DNA of 64,000 bases, from assembly GCA_028867755.1 (NCBI GenBank), contig JAGWFT010000002.1:1-64000 (forward strand). Direction: 5' to 3'. The number at the start of each line of letters is the position of its first letter. Within the stretch, counting starts at the first letter, position 1. Below are positions 38,785-48,784 of this stretch, piece by piece. The DNA is from Nitrososphaerota archaeon. GTDB taxonomy: Archaea > Thermoproteota > Nitrososphaeria > Nitrososphaerales > Nitrosopumilaceae. The position numbers were made by a program, and so were the translations under genes. The notes beneath the pieces were generated by a model. It saw nothing but the letters and a program-made list of their open reading frames with translations. It was not told the DNA's origin and searched no databases.

Positions 38785-39915
38785 TTGTGCCAATATGTGA
38801 GTAGCAAAGACGAGTCAATTTTTAGCAAAGAAGCCTTGATGTCAACAAAACCGGGAAAGGATATAGTAAAACAAGCTTTGTTCAAAAGTAAGGGTTACAA
38901 ACAGTTTGACAAATACAAAAAGGAAGCAGAAGATGAACTTCCGAAATTTACAAAGAGATTTGCTGAAGATCTATTAAGGCAAATAAAATCTGATGATAAC
39001 CCCAATGAAACTCAAGAAAAATTTGCTGCTGAAGTGGGTTCAAGCGAGATAACTCTAGAGAAATCTCAAATAGATTCGGTCAAAAAGAGGCTAGAAAACT
39101 ACGATACCTTGTTTGATAGGGTGACCAGAATTCTTAATTCTAACTTTGTTAAAATGACATTTCCAGTTTTTAGCGCTCTTTATGATGCTTCATCGCAATA
39201 CTTTGGAGATCCAAATGATGTCAAAAAGAAAACTGACATCATAGACGGGCACATTATTGCAATAGATCTAAGTGAGCCAATGGATAGGATAATGGACAAA
39301 GATGAGGATGTGGAGTACCTTGATGACTACAAACTAATGAATCCATACATTCTACAACTTGCCAGAGCTAAGATTGCAAGTGGAGGGCAACATGTGTTGG
39401 AAGAATTTGAGCGAGGTTTCAAGGATGCAAGAATAGGTCAATATGTTGATTTTAAACTGAAAATGAAACCAAAGAACATAACAGAAGAATCTATGATTGA
39501 ATGTTATAAAAAATACAGAGCTGTCATGGGCACGGCAGGAAAGAACATGGCACTTGCCCGTCTTCCACTAGGTGAAATTTTCTACCTGGGAATGGCAAAA
39601 GCAGCAGAGTCAGTAGGATGTGGCAATGAGATAGAAGACTCGATCAAGAACAAGTTTGTTAAAGTTCCTTCTTGGCCACTTTATTATACAATTCTTAGAA
39701 ATGATGTACAAAAGGGATTTGAATTTACTATGAAAAAAAGCGAATTATATCTAAGTGAAGCAAGGCTTGCCTTGGAACTTTTGCCTGAAAACTTTTCACA
39801 TAGAGACTTTCTTGAATTCTTATTTCTTACTGTTGAACATTATAACTCATTCTGGTTTAACCAACTCCAAAAACAAAAACTTTGGTCAGAATTTGATTCA
39901 AAGCTTCACAAGTGA
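38785..39915 (+). CDS. Hypothetical all-helical protein, possibly a divergent isoprenoid-synthase fold
   Basis: 376-aa ORF (start may be ATG ~38839); DRIMDKD, GQYVD and GCGNEIED motifs (see findings). Confidence 0.75.
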   Translation: MCQYVSSKDESIFSKEALMSTKPGKDIVKQALFKSKGYKQFDKYKKEAEDELPKFTKRFAEDLLRQIKSDDNPNETQEKFAAEVGSSEITLEKSQIDSVKKRLENYDTLFDRVTRILNSNFVKMTFPVFSALYDASSQYFGDPNDVKKKTDIIDGHIIAIDLSEPMDRIMDKDEDVEYLDDYKLMNPYILQLARAKIASGGQHVLEEFERGFKDARIGQYVDFKLKMKPKNITEESMIECYKKYRAVMGTAGKNMALARLPLGEIFYLGMAKAAESVGCGNEIEDSIKNKFVKVPSWPLYYTILRNDVQKGFEFTMKKSELYLSEARLALELLPENFSHRDFLEFLFLTVEHYNSFWFNQLQKQKLWSEFDSKLHK

Positions 39916-39921
39916 TAGAAA

Positions 39922-41082
39922 ATGATGTGGTCTGAAAAATATAGGCCAAAAAATCTTCTTGAAATGATTGGCAATGAAGAAGCAAAGGAATCGTTTGTCA
40001 AGTGGATTGCCAAGTGGGTCAAGGGAACAAAACCGCTACTTTTGGTTGGGCCTCCAGGAATTGGAAAGACTACAATGGCTATGCTCTGTGCAAGACAATT
40101 TGGATATGATCTGATAAGTCTCAACGCAAGCGATGTCAGAAACAAACAGCGTATACAAGATATACTTAATCCGGTTCTGGGAAACCTCAGTGTACTTGGT
40201 AAAGCCATGATCTTTGTGGATGAAGTAGATGGAATCCACGGAAGATCTGATTTTGGTGGAGTGGGGGCACTTGTAGATATTCTAAAGGAACCAACAGTTC
40301 CAATAATCTTGGCTGCAAATTCTGATAATTCTGATAAAATGAAGGACATTAAGAAAGCTACAACAACGATAAGAATGAGACCCATACCGCCCAGGCTTTT
40401 ACGATTTTATCTGGAAGAGATTTTACGACGAGAGGGTGCCTCACTTAAGATTGGGACCATGATAAAATTAGTTCTTGATTCTAGAGGAGACATTAGATCA
40501 ATTCTAAATTCTTCTCAGGCCCTTGTATCTGGATTTGAACCACAAACTGACAAGTCTTTTGAAACAACAGACATAGAGTCTGCAATCAATGCATTTTTCA
40601 AGGCAAAATCACCAGAAGAAGCACTGTTAATACTTTATTCTTTAAGGATTGATCCACAAGAAAAGATAAACGCATTTTATTCAAGTGTGATAACAAGTTC
40701 ACTTTCAAAAGAAGAAATGAAAATGATGTTGGATGTGATATCAGAAGCTGATATGCTTTATGGAAAGATAATGAGAGAACAACAATGGAGGCTTTTACGA
40801 TATCTAGATTCGATTCTTGTTAGACTTTATAAAATAGGAACTACGGTCAGATATTCGCAATATAACCTCTCTTGGCCATTGATAACTCGATTGAGATGGG
40901 ATGGCAAAGCAATAAAGGAATTGGAAGCAAACCTGGCAAAACGAATGCATGTCTCTCGAAGTACGTTTGCAACTTTTTATCTTCCCTACATGTTGGCATG
41001 TATCAAAAACAAGACCTTGGTAATGGATCTCAATGAGAATGAAAATGCGATCATCCAAAAGGAGATGGCTATTACAAAATGA
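39922..41082 (+). CDS. rfcL: Replication factor C large subunit
   Basis: WSEKYRP, GPPGIGKT, LNASDVR, DEVDG and GDIRS. Confidence 0.92.
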   Translation: MMWSEKYRPKNLLEMIGNEEAKESFVKWIAKWVKGTKPLLLVGPPGIGKTTMAMLCARQFGYDLISLNASDVRNKQRIQDILNPVLGNLSVLGKAMIFVDEVDGIHGRSDFGGVGALVDILKEPTVPIILAANSDNSDKMKDIKKATTTIRMRPIPPRLLRFYLEEILRREGASLKIGTMIKLVLDSRGDIRSILNSSQALVSGFEPQTDKSFETTDIESAINAFFKAKSPEEALLILYSLRIDPQEKINAFYSSVITSSLSKEEMKMMLDVISEADMLYGKIMREQQWRLLRYLDSILVRLYKIGTTVRYSQYNLSWPLITRLRWDGKAIKELEANLAKRMHVSRSTFATFYLPYMLACIKNKTLVMDLNENENAIIQKEMAITK

Positions 41083-41396
41083 GCTGGCGTGCAATACCGA
41101 TGAAATTTCCTGGAACTTGCATAGTTTGCAAGAAAAAGATCGAAATAAGTGAAGTTGCCTTATGGGCAAAAGGACTAGGAGTCAAACATCAAGCATGTTC
41201 TGAAGTTGTGGATCTAAAATGTGTTATCTGCGGAGGACCAGCAGGATGCCAACAATGTGAATTTACAGATGACTGTGACAGAAACAAAGTTTCACAGATG
41301 TGTATATGCAAAAAATGCCAGGAGGGAAAAGAATCCTTTATTTTGTATCAAAAGGCCATTTCAAAGCATTTCCCAATTCTGAATCTGAAAGATTGA
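41079..41396 (+). CDS. Cys-rich double zinc-finger hypothetical protein
   Basis: CIVC...HQAC plus CVIC..CQQC...C...CICKKC; overlaps the rfcL stop. Confidence 0.75.
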   Translation: MSWRAIPMKFPGTCIVCKKKIEISEVALWAKGLGVKHQACSEVVDLKCVICGGPAGCQQCEFTDDCDRNKVSQMCICKKCQEGKESFILYQKAISKHFPILNLKD

Positions 41397-41464
41397 ATTT
41401 ATCGATTAGTTTCTTGGCAAATAAGAGTAGAAAGTTAAAATTTACCCTCAATAGAGTGTGATCA

Positions 41465-41737
41465 ATGCCAGAAGGGACCACGAAGATTACTCCGATCGAT
41501 CCGATATTCCATGGAGAGTCCAACTATGAAGTAGGACTTGAAACCTTACTTGCCGAGACAAGAGATAAGGTCAGAAAATTACAATCCGATCCGAATACAA
41601 GCAAAGAGACTATACAAGACCTAACTGAACAATTGCAGGTCCTGGAAACCTTGTGGGAGAATTATCACATAGGAATGAACGTTTTCAGAAATGCAAAGGG
41701 TGGTCGTGACGGAATCCGAGAAGTCAAACCTGAGTAA
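41465..41737 (+). CDS. Hypothetical coiled-coil protein
   Basis: 90-aa ORF filling the gap upstream of the carboxylase operon. Confidence 0.65.
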   Translation: MPEGTTKITPIDPIFHGESNYEVGLETLLAETRDKVRKLQSDPNTSKETIQDLTEQLQVLETLWENYHIGMNVFRNAKGGRDGIREVKPE

Positions 41738-41773
41738 ATTAATATAGGTTGAGAGTCGCTTCTAATTCGAAAC

Positions 41774-43321
41774 ATGCACTCTGAAAAATTGAAAAATTTT
41801 TTGCATAAGAGGCGACAAGCAGAGCAGAGTGGTGGAGAAGAAAAAATTCAATCTCAGCATGAGAAAGGGAAACTTACTGCAAGAGAGCGAATAGATCTTT
41901 TACTTGACGAAAGTAGTTTTACAGAAATAGATGCTCTTGTGACTCATCATTATTATGAATTTGACATGCAAAATAAGAAATTCTTTGGAGATGGTGTAGT
42001 AACAGGTTACGGAACAATAAATGGTCGCAAGGTCTTTCTCTTTGCCTATGATTTTACTGTTCTTGGGGGAACACTAAGCGAGATGGGTGCCAAAAAAATA
42101 ACCAAAGTCATGGAACATGCAACTCGTGTGGGTTGCCCCATAATTGGAATAATAGATTCGGGAGGAGCTAGAATTCAAGAAGGAATTCTAAGTCTGGATG
42201 GATTTGCTAGCATATTTTATCACAACCAACTTGCCTCTGGAGTAGTTCCTCAAATTACCTGTAGTATAGGCCCATCTGCTGGCGGTGCAGTCTATTCTCC
42301 TGCAATGACCGATTTTGTTATAATGGTAGACAAGATTTCAACTATGTTTGTAACTGGTCCAGAAGTAGTAAAGACTGTTCTTGGAGAAGAAGTCTCATTT
42401 GACGAGCTTGGAGGTGCAATGTCACATGGAAAAATCAGTGGCGTCTCCCATTTTGTTGCAAAGAATGAATATCAATGCATGGACACTGTCAAATCTTTAT
42501 TGTCATACATGCCTCAAAACAATACTGAAGAACCACCTATAGTAGATACTGGTGATGATCCAAACAGACTTGATAATAATTTGATAAACATAGTTCCAGA
42601 GAATCCATTACAACCTTATGACATGAAAGAAATCATACATTCAATTGTTGATAATCATCAATTCTTTGAGATCCATGAACTATTTGCACAAAATGTCATT
42701 GTAGGATTTGGCAGATTGCATGGCAAAACTGTGGGGATTGTTGCAAATCAACCAATGGTATTGGCAGGTGCACTTGATATAGACTCATCAAACAAAGCGT
42801 CAAGATTTGTAAGACTCTGTGATTGTTACAATATACCAATTGTCACTCTTGTTGATACTCCGGGATATATGCCTGGAACCCATCAAGAACATGGAGGTAT
42901 AATTCGACATGGAAGCAAACTTTTGTATGCATATTGCGAAGCAACTGTACCCAAGATCACTATTATAATAGGAAAGGCATATGGAGGCGCTTACATTGCA
43001 ATGGGCAGCAAGAATCTGGGTACAGATATGAACTATGCCTGGCCAACAGCTCAAATCGCAGTATTAGGTTCAGAGGCAGCAGTAAGAATCATGAATAGGA
43101 AGGAAATTGAAACAGCAAAAGATCCCATATCTCTGAAAAAACAACTAGTTGATAATTTTACTGAAAAATTTGCAAATCCATATGTTGCTGCATCATATGG
43201 AACAATTGATACCGTGATTGATCCAGCTGAAACCCGACCTGTTATTATTCGTGCTTTAGAAGGTCTTACAAACAAGAGAGAAAGAAGAATTCCACGCAAA
43301 CACGGAAACATAAACCTCTAA
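41774..43321 (+). CDS. pccB: Acetyl-/propionyl-CoA carboxylase, carboxyltransferase subunit
   Basis: GKLTARERI, GDGVVTG, DSGGARIQEG, GGAVYSP and KAYGGAY. Confidence 0.95.
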   Translation: MHSEKLKNFLHKRRQAEQSGGEEKIQSQHEKGKLTARERIDLLLDESSFTEIDALVTHHYYEFDMQNKKFFGDGVVTGYGTINGRKVFLFAYDFTVLGGTLSEMGAKKITKVMEHATRVGCPIIGIIDSGGARIQEGILSLDGFASIFYHNQLASGVVPQITCSIGPSAGGAVYSPAMTDFVIMVDKISTMFVTGPEVVKTVLGEEVSFDELGGAMSHGKISGVSHFVAKNEYQCMDTVKSLLSYMPQNNTEEPPIVDTGDDPNRLDNNLINIVPENPLQPYDMKEIIHSIVDNHQFFEIHELFAQNVIVGFGRLHGKTVGIVANQPMVLAGALDIDSSNKASRFVRLCDCYNIPIVTLVDTPGYMPGTHQEHGGIIRHGSKLLYAYCEATVPKITIIIGKAYGGAYIAMGSKNLGTDMNYAWPTAQIAVLGSEAAVRIMNRKEIETAKDPISLKKQLVDNFTEKFANPYVAASYGTIDTVIDPAETRPVIIRALEGLTNKRERRIPRKHGNINL

Positions 43322-43322
43322 C

Positions 43323-44822
43323 TTGGATATGATCAAAAAAATTCTTGTCGCAAACAGGGGAGAAATTGCCATTCGTGTAATCAAGGCATGTAATGCTTTA
43401 GGGATAAAATCAGTTGCAGTCTATTCTGATGAAGACGTAAATTCAAAACATGTGAAAATAGCCTCCGAGTCATATCACATAGGACCACCATCCCCTGGAC
43501 AAAGCTATCTTAACATGGAAAAGATAGTTGAATCAGCACTAAGCTCTGGTGCTGATGCAATTCATCCAGGATATGGTTTTCTTTCAGAAAATGCTGACTT
43601 TGCTGATCTTTGTGAGAAAAATAAGATCAACTTTATAGGTCCTTCTGGAAAGTCCATGCGACTTTGTGGAGATAAGATGTTATGCAAAGAAGCAATGATA
43701 AAAGCCAAAGTACCGACTGTCCCAGGAAGTCTTGGTATTGTTGAAGAAGTAGAAAAAGCTCTTGATATAGCAAATAAAATAGGATATCCAGTTTTACTCA
43801 AGTCAGTATTTGGTGGTGGAGGTAGAGGAATTAGACTTGTACATAATGAAAAAGAACTGAAACAAGCATTTGAACTTGCATCAGGAGAATCAAAAGCTGC
43901 CTTTGGCAAGTCTGCACTTTTTGTTGAAAAGTTTTTGCCAAAAATAAGACATATTGAATTTCAATTAGCAAGAGACAAACATGGAAATGCTGTACATATT
44001 TTCGAAAGAGAGTGTTCTATTCAAAGACGACATCAGAAATTAATCGAAATGTCACCATCTCCTGTGGTTGATCAAAAAACCCGTGATGAAATAGGTCAGA
44101 TGGCTGTAAATGCAGCGATTGCAGTAGATTATCTTAATGCAGGCACTGCAGAATTTCTTAGACTGGATGACGGTACTTTTTACTTTATTGAAATAAATGC
44201 CAGGCTTCAAGTTGAACATCCTGTAACAGAATTTGTCTCTGGACTTGATCTTGTAAAACTACAAATTGATATTGCAAATGGAAAAGAAATACCATTCAAA
44301 CAAAAAGACCTCAAGGTAAATGGTTGTGCCATAGAATGTAGAATAAATGCAGAAGATACATTTCTTGACTTTGCTCCCTCGACAGGAAGAATTTATGACG
44401 TAAATATTCCATCAGGTCCAGGAGTTAGGGTTGACACTTATCTATATCCTGGATGTACTGTTTCGCCATACTATGATTCATTGATGGCAAAACTTATCAC
44501 GTGGGGACAAAACTTTGAGGAAGCACGACAAAGAATGCAAATCTCGCTTTCAGACTTTTATATCGAAGGGGTAGAGACTTCAATTCCACTCTATAGGACT
44601 ATACTTGATACTAAAGAATTCATTTCAGGAGATTTATCAACAGACTTTCTTGAAAGATTCAAGATTCTTGACAGGCTACGTGACGATATCAAAAAAGAGG
44701 CATCACAGAAATCTGATGCTGCCCTAGCTGCTACACTGATACATTCTGAGTTTCTCAAGAACAAAATAAGATCGCACAAGGAACAAAATCTTCGCTGGAA
44801 GGCACAATTGGATAGGAATTAG
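43323..44822 (+). CDS. accC: Acetyl-/propionyl-CoA carboxylase, biotin carboxylase subunit
   Basis: ANRGEIA, HPGYGFLSEN, GGGGRG, ERECSIQRRHQK and RLQVEH. Confidence 0.96.
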   Translation: MDMIKKILVANRGEIAIRVIKACNALGIKSVAVYSDEDVNSKHVKIASESYHIGPPSPGQSYLNMEKIVESALSSGADAIHPGYGFLSENADFADLCEKNKINFIGPSGKSMRLCGDKMLCKEAMIKAKVPTVPGSLGIVEEVEKALDIANKIGYPVLLKSVFGGGGRGIRLVHNEKELKQAFELASGESKAAFGKSALFVEKFLPKIRHIEFQLARDKHGNAVHIFERECSIQRRHQKLIEMSPSPVVDQKTRDEIGQMAVNAAIAVDYLNAGTAEFLRLDDGTFYFIEINARLQVEHPVTEFVSGLDLVKLQIDIANGKEIPFKQKDLKVNGCAIECRINAEDTFLDFAPSTGRIYDVNIPSGPGVRVDTYLYPGCTVSPYYDSLMAKLITWGQNFEEARQRMQISLSDFYIEGVETSIPLYRTILDTKEFISGDLSTDFLERFKILDRLRDDIKKEASQKSDAALAATLIHSEFLKNKIRSHKEQNLRWKAQLDRN

Positions 44823-44824
44823 AA

Positions 44825-45337
44825 ATGAAATTCAAACTAGAAAATACAGATGAAACTTTAGATGGTGAGATAGTAAAGTCTCTTGGAAATGCTGAATTTG
44901 TTATAAAAATCAAGAATAGTGAGCGCAATCTGAAGATCCTAAACATGAGTCATGAAAAAATTGAATTCATGTTAGATAATTCATTTCATATTGTAAAGTA
45001 TCTAGAAAACAGTACGTCCAGAATTACCATAGTGGTTGATGGTGTCAAACTTACATTCAACAAACGCCCAGATTTGGACAAAGTTGTTTACAAAAATTCT
45101 GGTATGGAATCAGCCGCAGATTCGCAGGTAAATTTGAAAAGCCAAATTCCTGGAAGGGTTGCCTCGATAAATGTATCACAGGGTGATAATGTAAAGAAAG
45201 GTGATGTAATCTGCGTTTTAGAATCAATGAAGATGCAAGTTTCAATTAAATCACATAAAGATGGTGTGATAAAGTCTTTGAAAATAAAACAAGGTGCATC
45301 AGTTGCAAAAAATGATATTCTTGCAGAAATAGAATAA
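44825..45337 (+). CDS. accB: Biotin carboxyl carrier protein
   Basis: ESMKM biotinylation motif in the C-terminal domain. Confidence 0.93.
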   Translation: MKFKLENTDETLDGEIVKSLGNAEFVIKIKNSERNLKILNMSHEKIEFMLDNSFHIVKYLENSTSRITIVVDGVKLTFNKRPDLDKVVYKNSGMESAADSQVNLKSQIPGRVASINVSQGDNVKKGDVICVLESMKMQVSIKSHKDGVIKSLKIKQGASVAKNDILAEIE

Positions 45338-45382
45338 CGCAGCATCTGTTAAAAATAAGAAAATAAAAATATTGAAGGAAAA

Positions 45383-45853
45383 TTACTTTCCTTTCTTTAG
45401 AAAATTCATTATCTCTTGGTAGTTTGGCTCTATCAAAGGGTTATCAGAAACCCACTTGTACACAATCTCTCCTTTCTCATCTACAATAAAGACAGATCTT
45501 TTTGCTGCATCGTATCCTTTAACATGAAGCAAATCAGGCATTAGTATACCATAGTCGCGAATAGTTTGGCTCTTGTAATCGCCAAGCACCGGAAAATTGA
45601 GGTGATGTATTTCTGCAAATGCCTTGTTGGCAAATGGTCCATCGTTGCTTATGCCAATCACCTGAGCTCCAAGTTTTGAGATTTCATCCCAACTATCTCT
45701 AAAAGTACACATTTCTTTGGTGCATACTGGAGAACTTGCTGCGACAAAAAAAGAGAGAACCACTTTCTTTCCTTTAAAGTCGTCCAAATTTCTCATTTTG
45801 AGTTCTGTGTCTACCAAGGTAAAAGATGGTGCTTTGTCTCCAACATTTACCAT
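45383..45853 (-). CDS. Peroxiredoxin (Bcp/AhpC-TSA family)
   Basis: VGDKAPSFTL, SPVCTKEMC and KRSVFIVD. Start at Met 45853 preferred over 45883. Confidence 0.9.
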   Translation of the reverse strand: MVNVGDKAPSFTLVDTELKMRNLDDFKGKKVVLSFFVAASSPVCTKEMCTFRDSWDEISKLGAQVIGISNDGPFANKAFAEIHHLNFPVLGDYKSQTIRDYGILMPDLLHVKGYDAAKRSVFIVDEKGEIVYKWVSDNPLIEPNYQEIMNFLKKGK

Positions 45854-46011
45854 AAAGGGAGTTTTGCTATAGTCATATATCAATCATTTTCAAGAATGCA
45901 AGTGCTTGCTTAATTTTAAAATTTTTGTACAATTAATCAAATAAAAATTTTGATTAACTTGTAGAAAATTGATGAAAAATTACTTTCAGCTAAAAATAGT
46001 GATCGCAGAAT

Positions 46012-46428
46012 GTGCATAGCTTTTTATACTCTCCGATTGGCTTGTTAGCTACTTTGGTAGGAGAAGCTGCGAGTAGTTTTAGTCCAGTTTTACTAATGTT
46101 CGGATTTGCAGTCGTAGCAACAGGACCGGCTTTGATTCTTTCTCGAATGATTGCACCTCGAAGAACTAGCAGCCCTGTGAAGTTCCTTCCTATGGAATCA
46201 GGTCAAGTTCCAAAAGAAGAAGGTCGTACGCATTTCATGATGCAATACTATTCCTATGTCTTGATGTTCGTTGTCTTTGATGTGATGTCAATTTTTCTCT
46301 ATGCTTGGGGTAGCAGTATTATAGGTTTACCAAAAGCGGCAACTCTTCCAATTATTGCTTTTCTTGGGATAATGTTTGCAGCTTTTGCTTATGCCTTGTA
46401 TCAAGCAGGGAGGAAAAACGTTTGGTAA
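46012..46428 (+). CDS. nuoA: Complex I subunit A
   Basis: MESG and YY..LMFVVFDV; first gene of the nuo cluster. Confidence 0.9.
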   Translation: MHSFLYSPIGLLATLVGEAASSFSPVLLMFGFAVVATGPALILSRMIAPRRTSSPVKFLPMESGQVPKEEGRTHFMMQYYSYVLMFVVFDVMSIFLYAWGSSIIGLPKAATLPIIAFLGIMFAAFAYALYQAGRKNVW

Positions 46429-46471
46429 CTTTTAAATCAAATATTGGAAGAACTCGGGATAGGGAAAAGAG

Positions 46472-46999
46472 ATGCTAAAGGAGTTCTTTAATCAAGAAAC
46501 TGCACCACATGCTACTAATGTACTAGTTGGAAAACTAGGTGAAGTACTTGTGAGAGCAGTTGGAAAACCTCTTGATTATGCAATAAATTGGGGTAGAATT
46601 TGGTCATTGTGGCCTGTGCACCTTGAAACTGCATGCTGCAGTGTAGAGTTTGGTGCTGCTTCTAGTCCGAGATATGATGTAGAGCGATTTGGAATTATAG
46701 AAGCATTTGGTTCTCTCCGACAATGTGATCTTATTGTTGTAATGGGTACAATTACCAGAAAGATGGCTCCTAGATTAAGAATGGTTTACGATCAAATGCC
46801 TGATCCTAAATATGTGATAGCCATGGGTGCATGTGCGATTACTGGTGGATTATACTTTGATTCATACAATGTACTTCCAGGTATTGATGGAGTTCTTCCA
46901 GTTGATATCTACGTTCCAGGTTGTCCGCCAAGACCTGAAACTCTCATTCAAGGATGTATGCTACTTCAGGAAAAAATTAAGCGGATGAAGGGTGCATAA
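46472..46999 (+). CDS. nuoB: Complex I subunit B
   Basis: ACCSVE, GACAITGG and PGCPPRPE. Confidence 0.95.
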   Translation: MLKEFFNQETAPHATNVLVGKLGEVLVRAVGKPLDYAINWGRIWSLWPVHLETACCSVEFGAASSPRYDVERFGIIEAFGSLRQCDLIVVMGTITRKMAPRLRMVYDQMPDPKYVIAMGACAITGGLYFDSYNVLPGIDGVLPVDIYVPGCPPRPETLIQGCMLLQEKIKRMKGA

Positions 47000-47001
47000 C
47001 C

Positions 47002-47649
47002 ATGAGCTCAGAAAATGAAAAGGACGAACAGCCAAGTGATACTGTGGCAGCACATTCTGAAGATACCGAGTCTTTATCAAAAGACGAAGCAAAAAAATTT
47101 TATGAAGAAAAAGGTATAGATTTTTCTCCAGACTCGCCTATTCACCCTAAACCAATTCCTCCATTTGAAAAATCTATTTCTGACAAAATCGCCTCAAAAT
47201 TTAATTCAAAAATAAATGTAGATTATGTAAGAGAAAGCAGAATTCGTGTCTCTACAAAAAAAGAAGATATTCTAGATGTAGCATTTTTCATTCGTGATGA
47301 ATTAGGTTATGATCATGCAGTATCAGTTTCTGGTGTAGACTATCCAGATTCAAAAGAAATCGAAGTTGTTTATCATCTTGGTTCGTACACTGATGAAAAG
47401 CTGGCTAGTCAGGTTCTAACACTTGCTACTCGAGTACCACGTGAAGAAATTCCAAATCCAGGAAAAGACAGTTCAAGAATGACATCTCTGAGAGAGGTTT
47501 TTTACAGCGTTGAATTTCACGAAAGAGAATGTTTTGAAATGTTTGGTGTGTACTTTGAAGGTCATCCAGACAATAGACGACTGCTTTTACCGGAAGATTG
47601 GGCAGACATTCCACCATTTAGAAAAGATTTCAAGATAAAAGGAAGATAA
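47002..47649 (+). CDS. nuoC: Complex I subunit C (acidic N-terminal extension)
   Basis: ERECFEMFGVYFEGHPDNRRLLLP...PPFRKDF. Confidence 0.93.
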   Translation: MSSENEKDEQPSDTVAAHSEDTESLSKDEAKKFYEEKGIDFSPDSPIHPKPIPPFEKSISDKIASKFNSKINVDYVRESRIRVSTKKEDILDVAFFIRDELGYDHAVSVSGVDYPDSKEIEVVYHLGSYTDEKLASQVLTLATRVPREEIPNPGKDSSRMTSLREVFYSVEFHERECFEMFGVYFEGHPDNRRLLLPEDWADIPPFRKDFKIKGR

Positions 47650-47650
47650 A

Positions 47651-48784
47651 ATGACAACACCATTGCCACCAGGAATACAACTTGAGAAAGTAGATGATAG
47701 AATAATGACGCTCAACGTTGGCCCACAACATCCAGGATCAGGCCATATGAGACTTATCATAAAAGTAGATGGCGACTACATTGTTTCATGTGATCCAGAT
47801 CCAGGCTATGTACATCGTGGTGAAGAAAAAATGGCAGAGTACAGAAACTACATTCAAAACATTCCTCACTTGGAAAGACCAGTAATTCACGATTCTTCAA
47901 ATATTCTTTATCCGTATTGCCTTGCAGTAGAAGAACTACTTGGAATTGAAGTTCCGGAGAGAGCAAAATACATTCGAGTCATAGCAGCTGAACTCAACAG
48001 ATGCATCTATACCCTTTACTGGCTTGCAATCTATGGAATCTTTTTGGGTCACTCTACAATGTTCATGTGGCCTGCAGGAGATCGTGAGCTATTCATTGAT
48101 CTTTTGGAGGCAATGTCTGGTGCACGAGTTACTCATGCATATCTTGTGCCAGGTGGAGTAAGAAATGATTTACCTGCTAACTTTGAAGAAAGATGTCTCA
48201 GACAAGTAGATTATTTTGAAAAGAGATTGAAAGAATATCAAGCAATATTCTATAAAAATCCAATTTTAATAAGCAGAACCGAAGGAACTGGTATACTATC
48301 AAGAACCGATGCAATACGACTTGGCACTACTGGTTCTGTTCTTAGGGCTTCTGGTGTGAATTATGACATAAGAAAGAAGGAACCTTATGACGTCTACGAA
48401 AATATGGATTTTGAAACCGTAGTGATGAAGGAAGGTGATAGCTATGCAAGGTCTTACATCCCGTATCTTGAGATGTTTGAAAGCTGTAGAATAATTAGAG
48501 ATGCAATAAGAAAGATGCCAAAATCAGGTTCTGTACGTACAAAACTAAAACCAAATCCCAAAGGTGGAAATGATGAAGTGTACAAAAGAGTGGAATCTGG
48601 TAGGGGGGAGCTTGGATATTACATAGTATCAAACAATAGACCAGAACCGTACAGAGTTAAGATTAGTGTTGGTTCCTTTAGAAATTTGATTTGTATGCCA
48701 TACTTGTTAAAAGGAGAGCTGTTAGGAAACATGCCATCTGTTTATTGGGGACTTAATTATTGGCCTGTGGAGGCAGATAGATAA
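47651..48784 (+). CDS. nuoD: Complex I subunit D
   Basis: NVGPQHPGSGH, GYVHRGEEK and ESGRGE; no NiFe CxxC pairs. Confidence 0.95.
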   Translation: MTTPLPPGIQLEKVDDRIMTLNVGPQHPGSGHMRLIIKVDGDYIVSCDPDPGYVHRGEEKMAEYRNYIQNIPHLERPVIHDSSNILYPYCLAVEELLGIEVPERAKYIRVIAAELNRCIYTLYWLAIYGIFLGHSTMFMWPAGDRELFIDLLEAMSGARVTHAYLVPGGVRNDLPANFEERCLRQVDYFEKRLKEYQAIFYKNPILISRTEGTGILSRTDAIRLGTTGSVLRASGVNYDIRKKEPYDVYENMDFETVVMKEGDSYARSYIPYLEMFESCRIIRDAIRKMPKSGSVRTKLKPNPKGGNDEVYKRVESGRGELGYYIVSNNRPEPYRVKISVGSFRNLICMPYLLKGELLGNMPSVYWGLNYWPVEADR

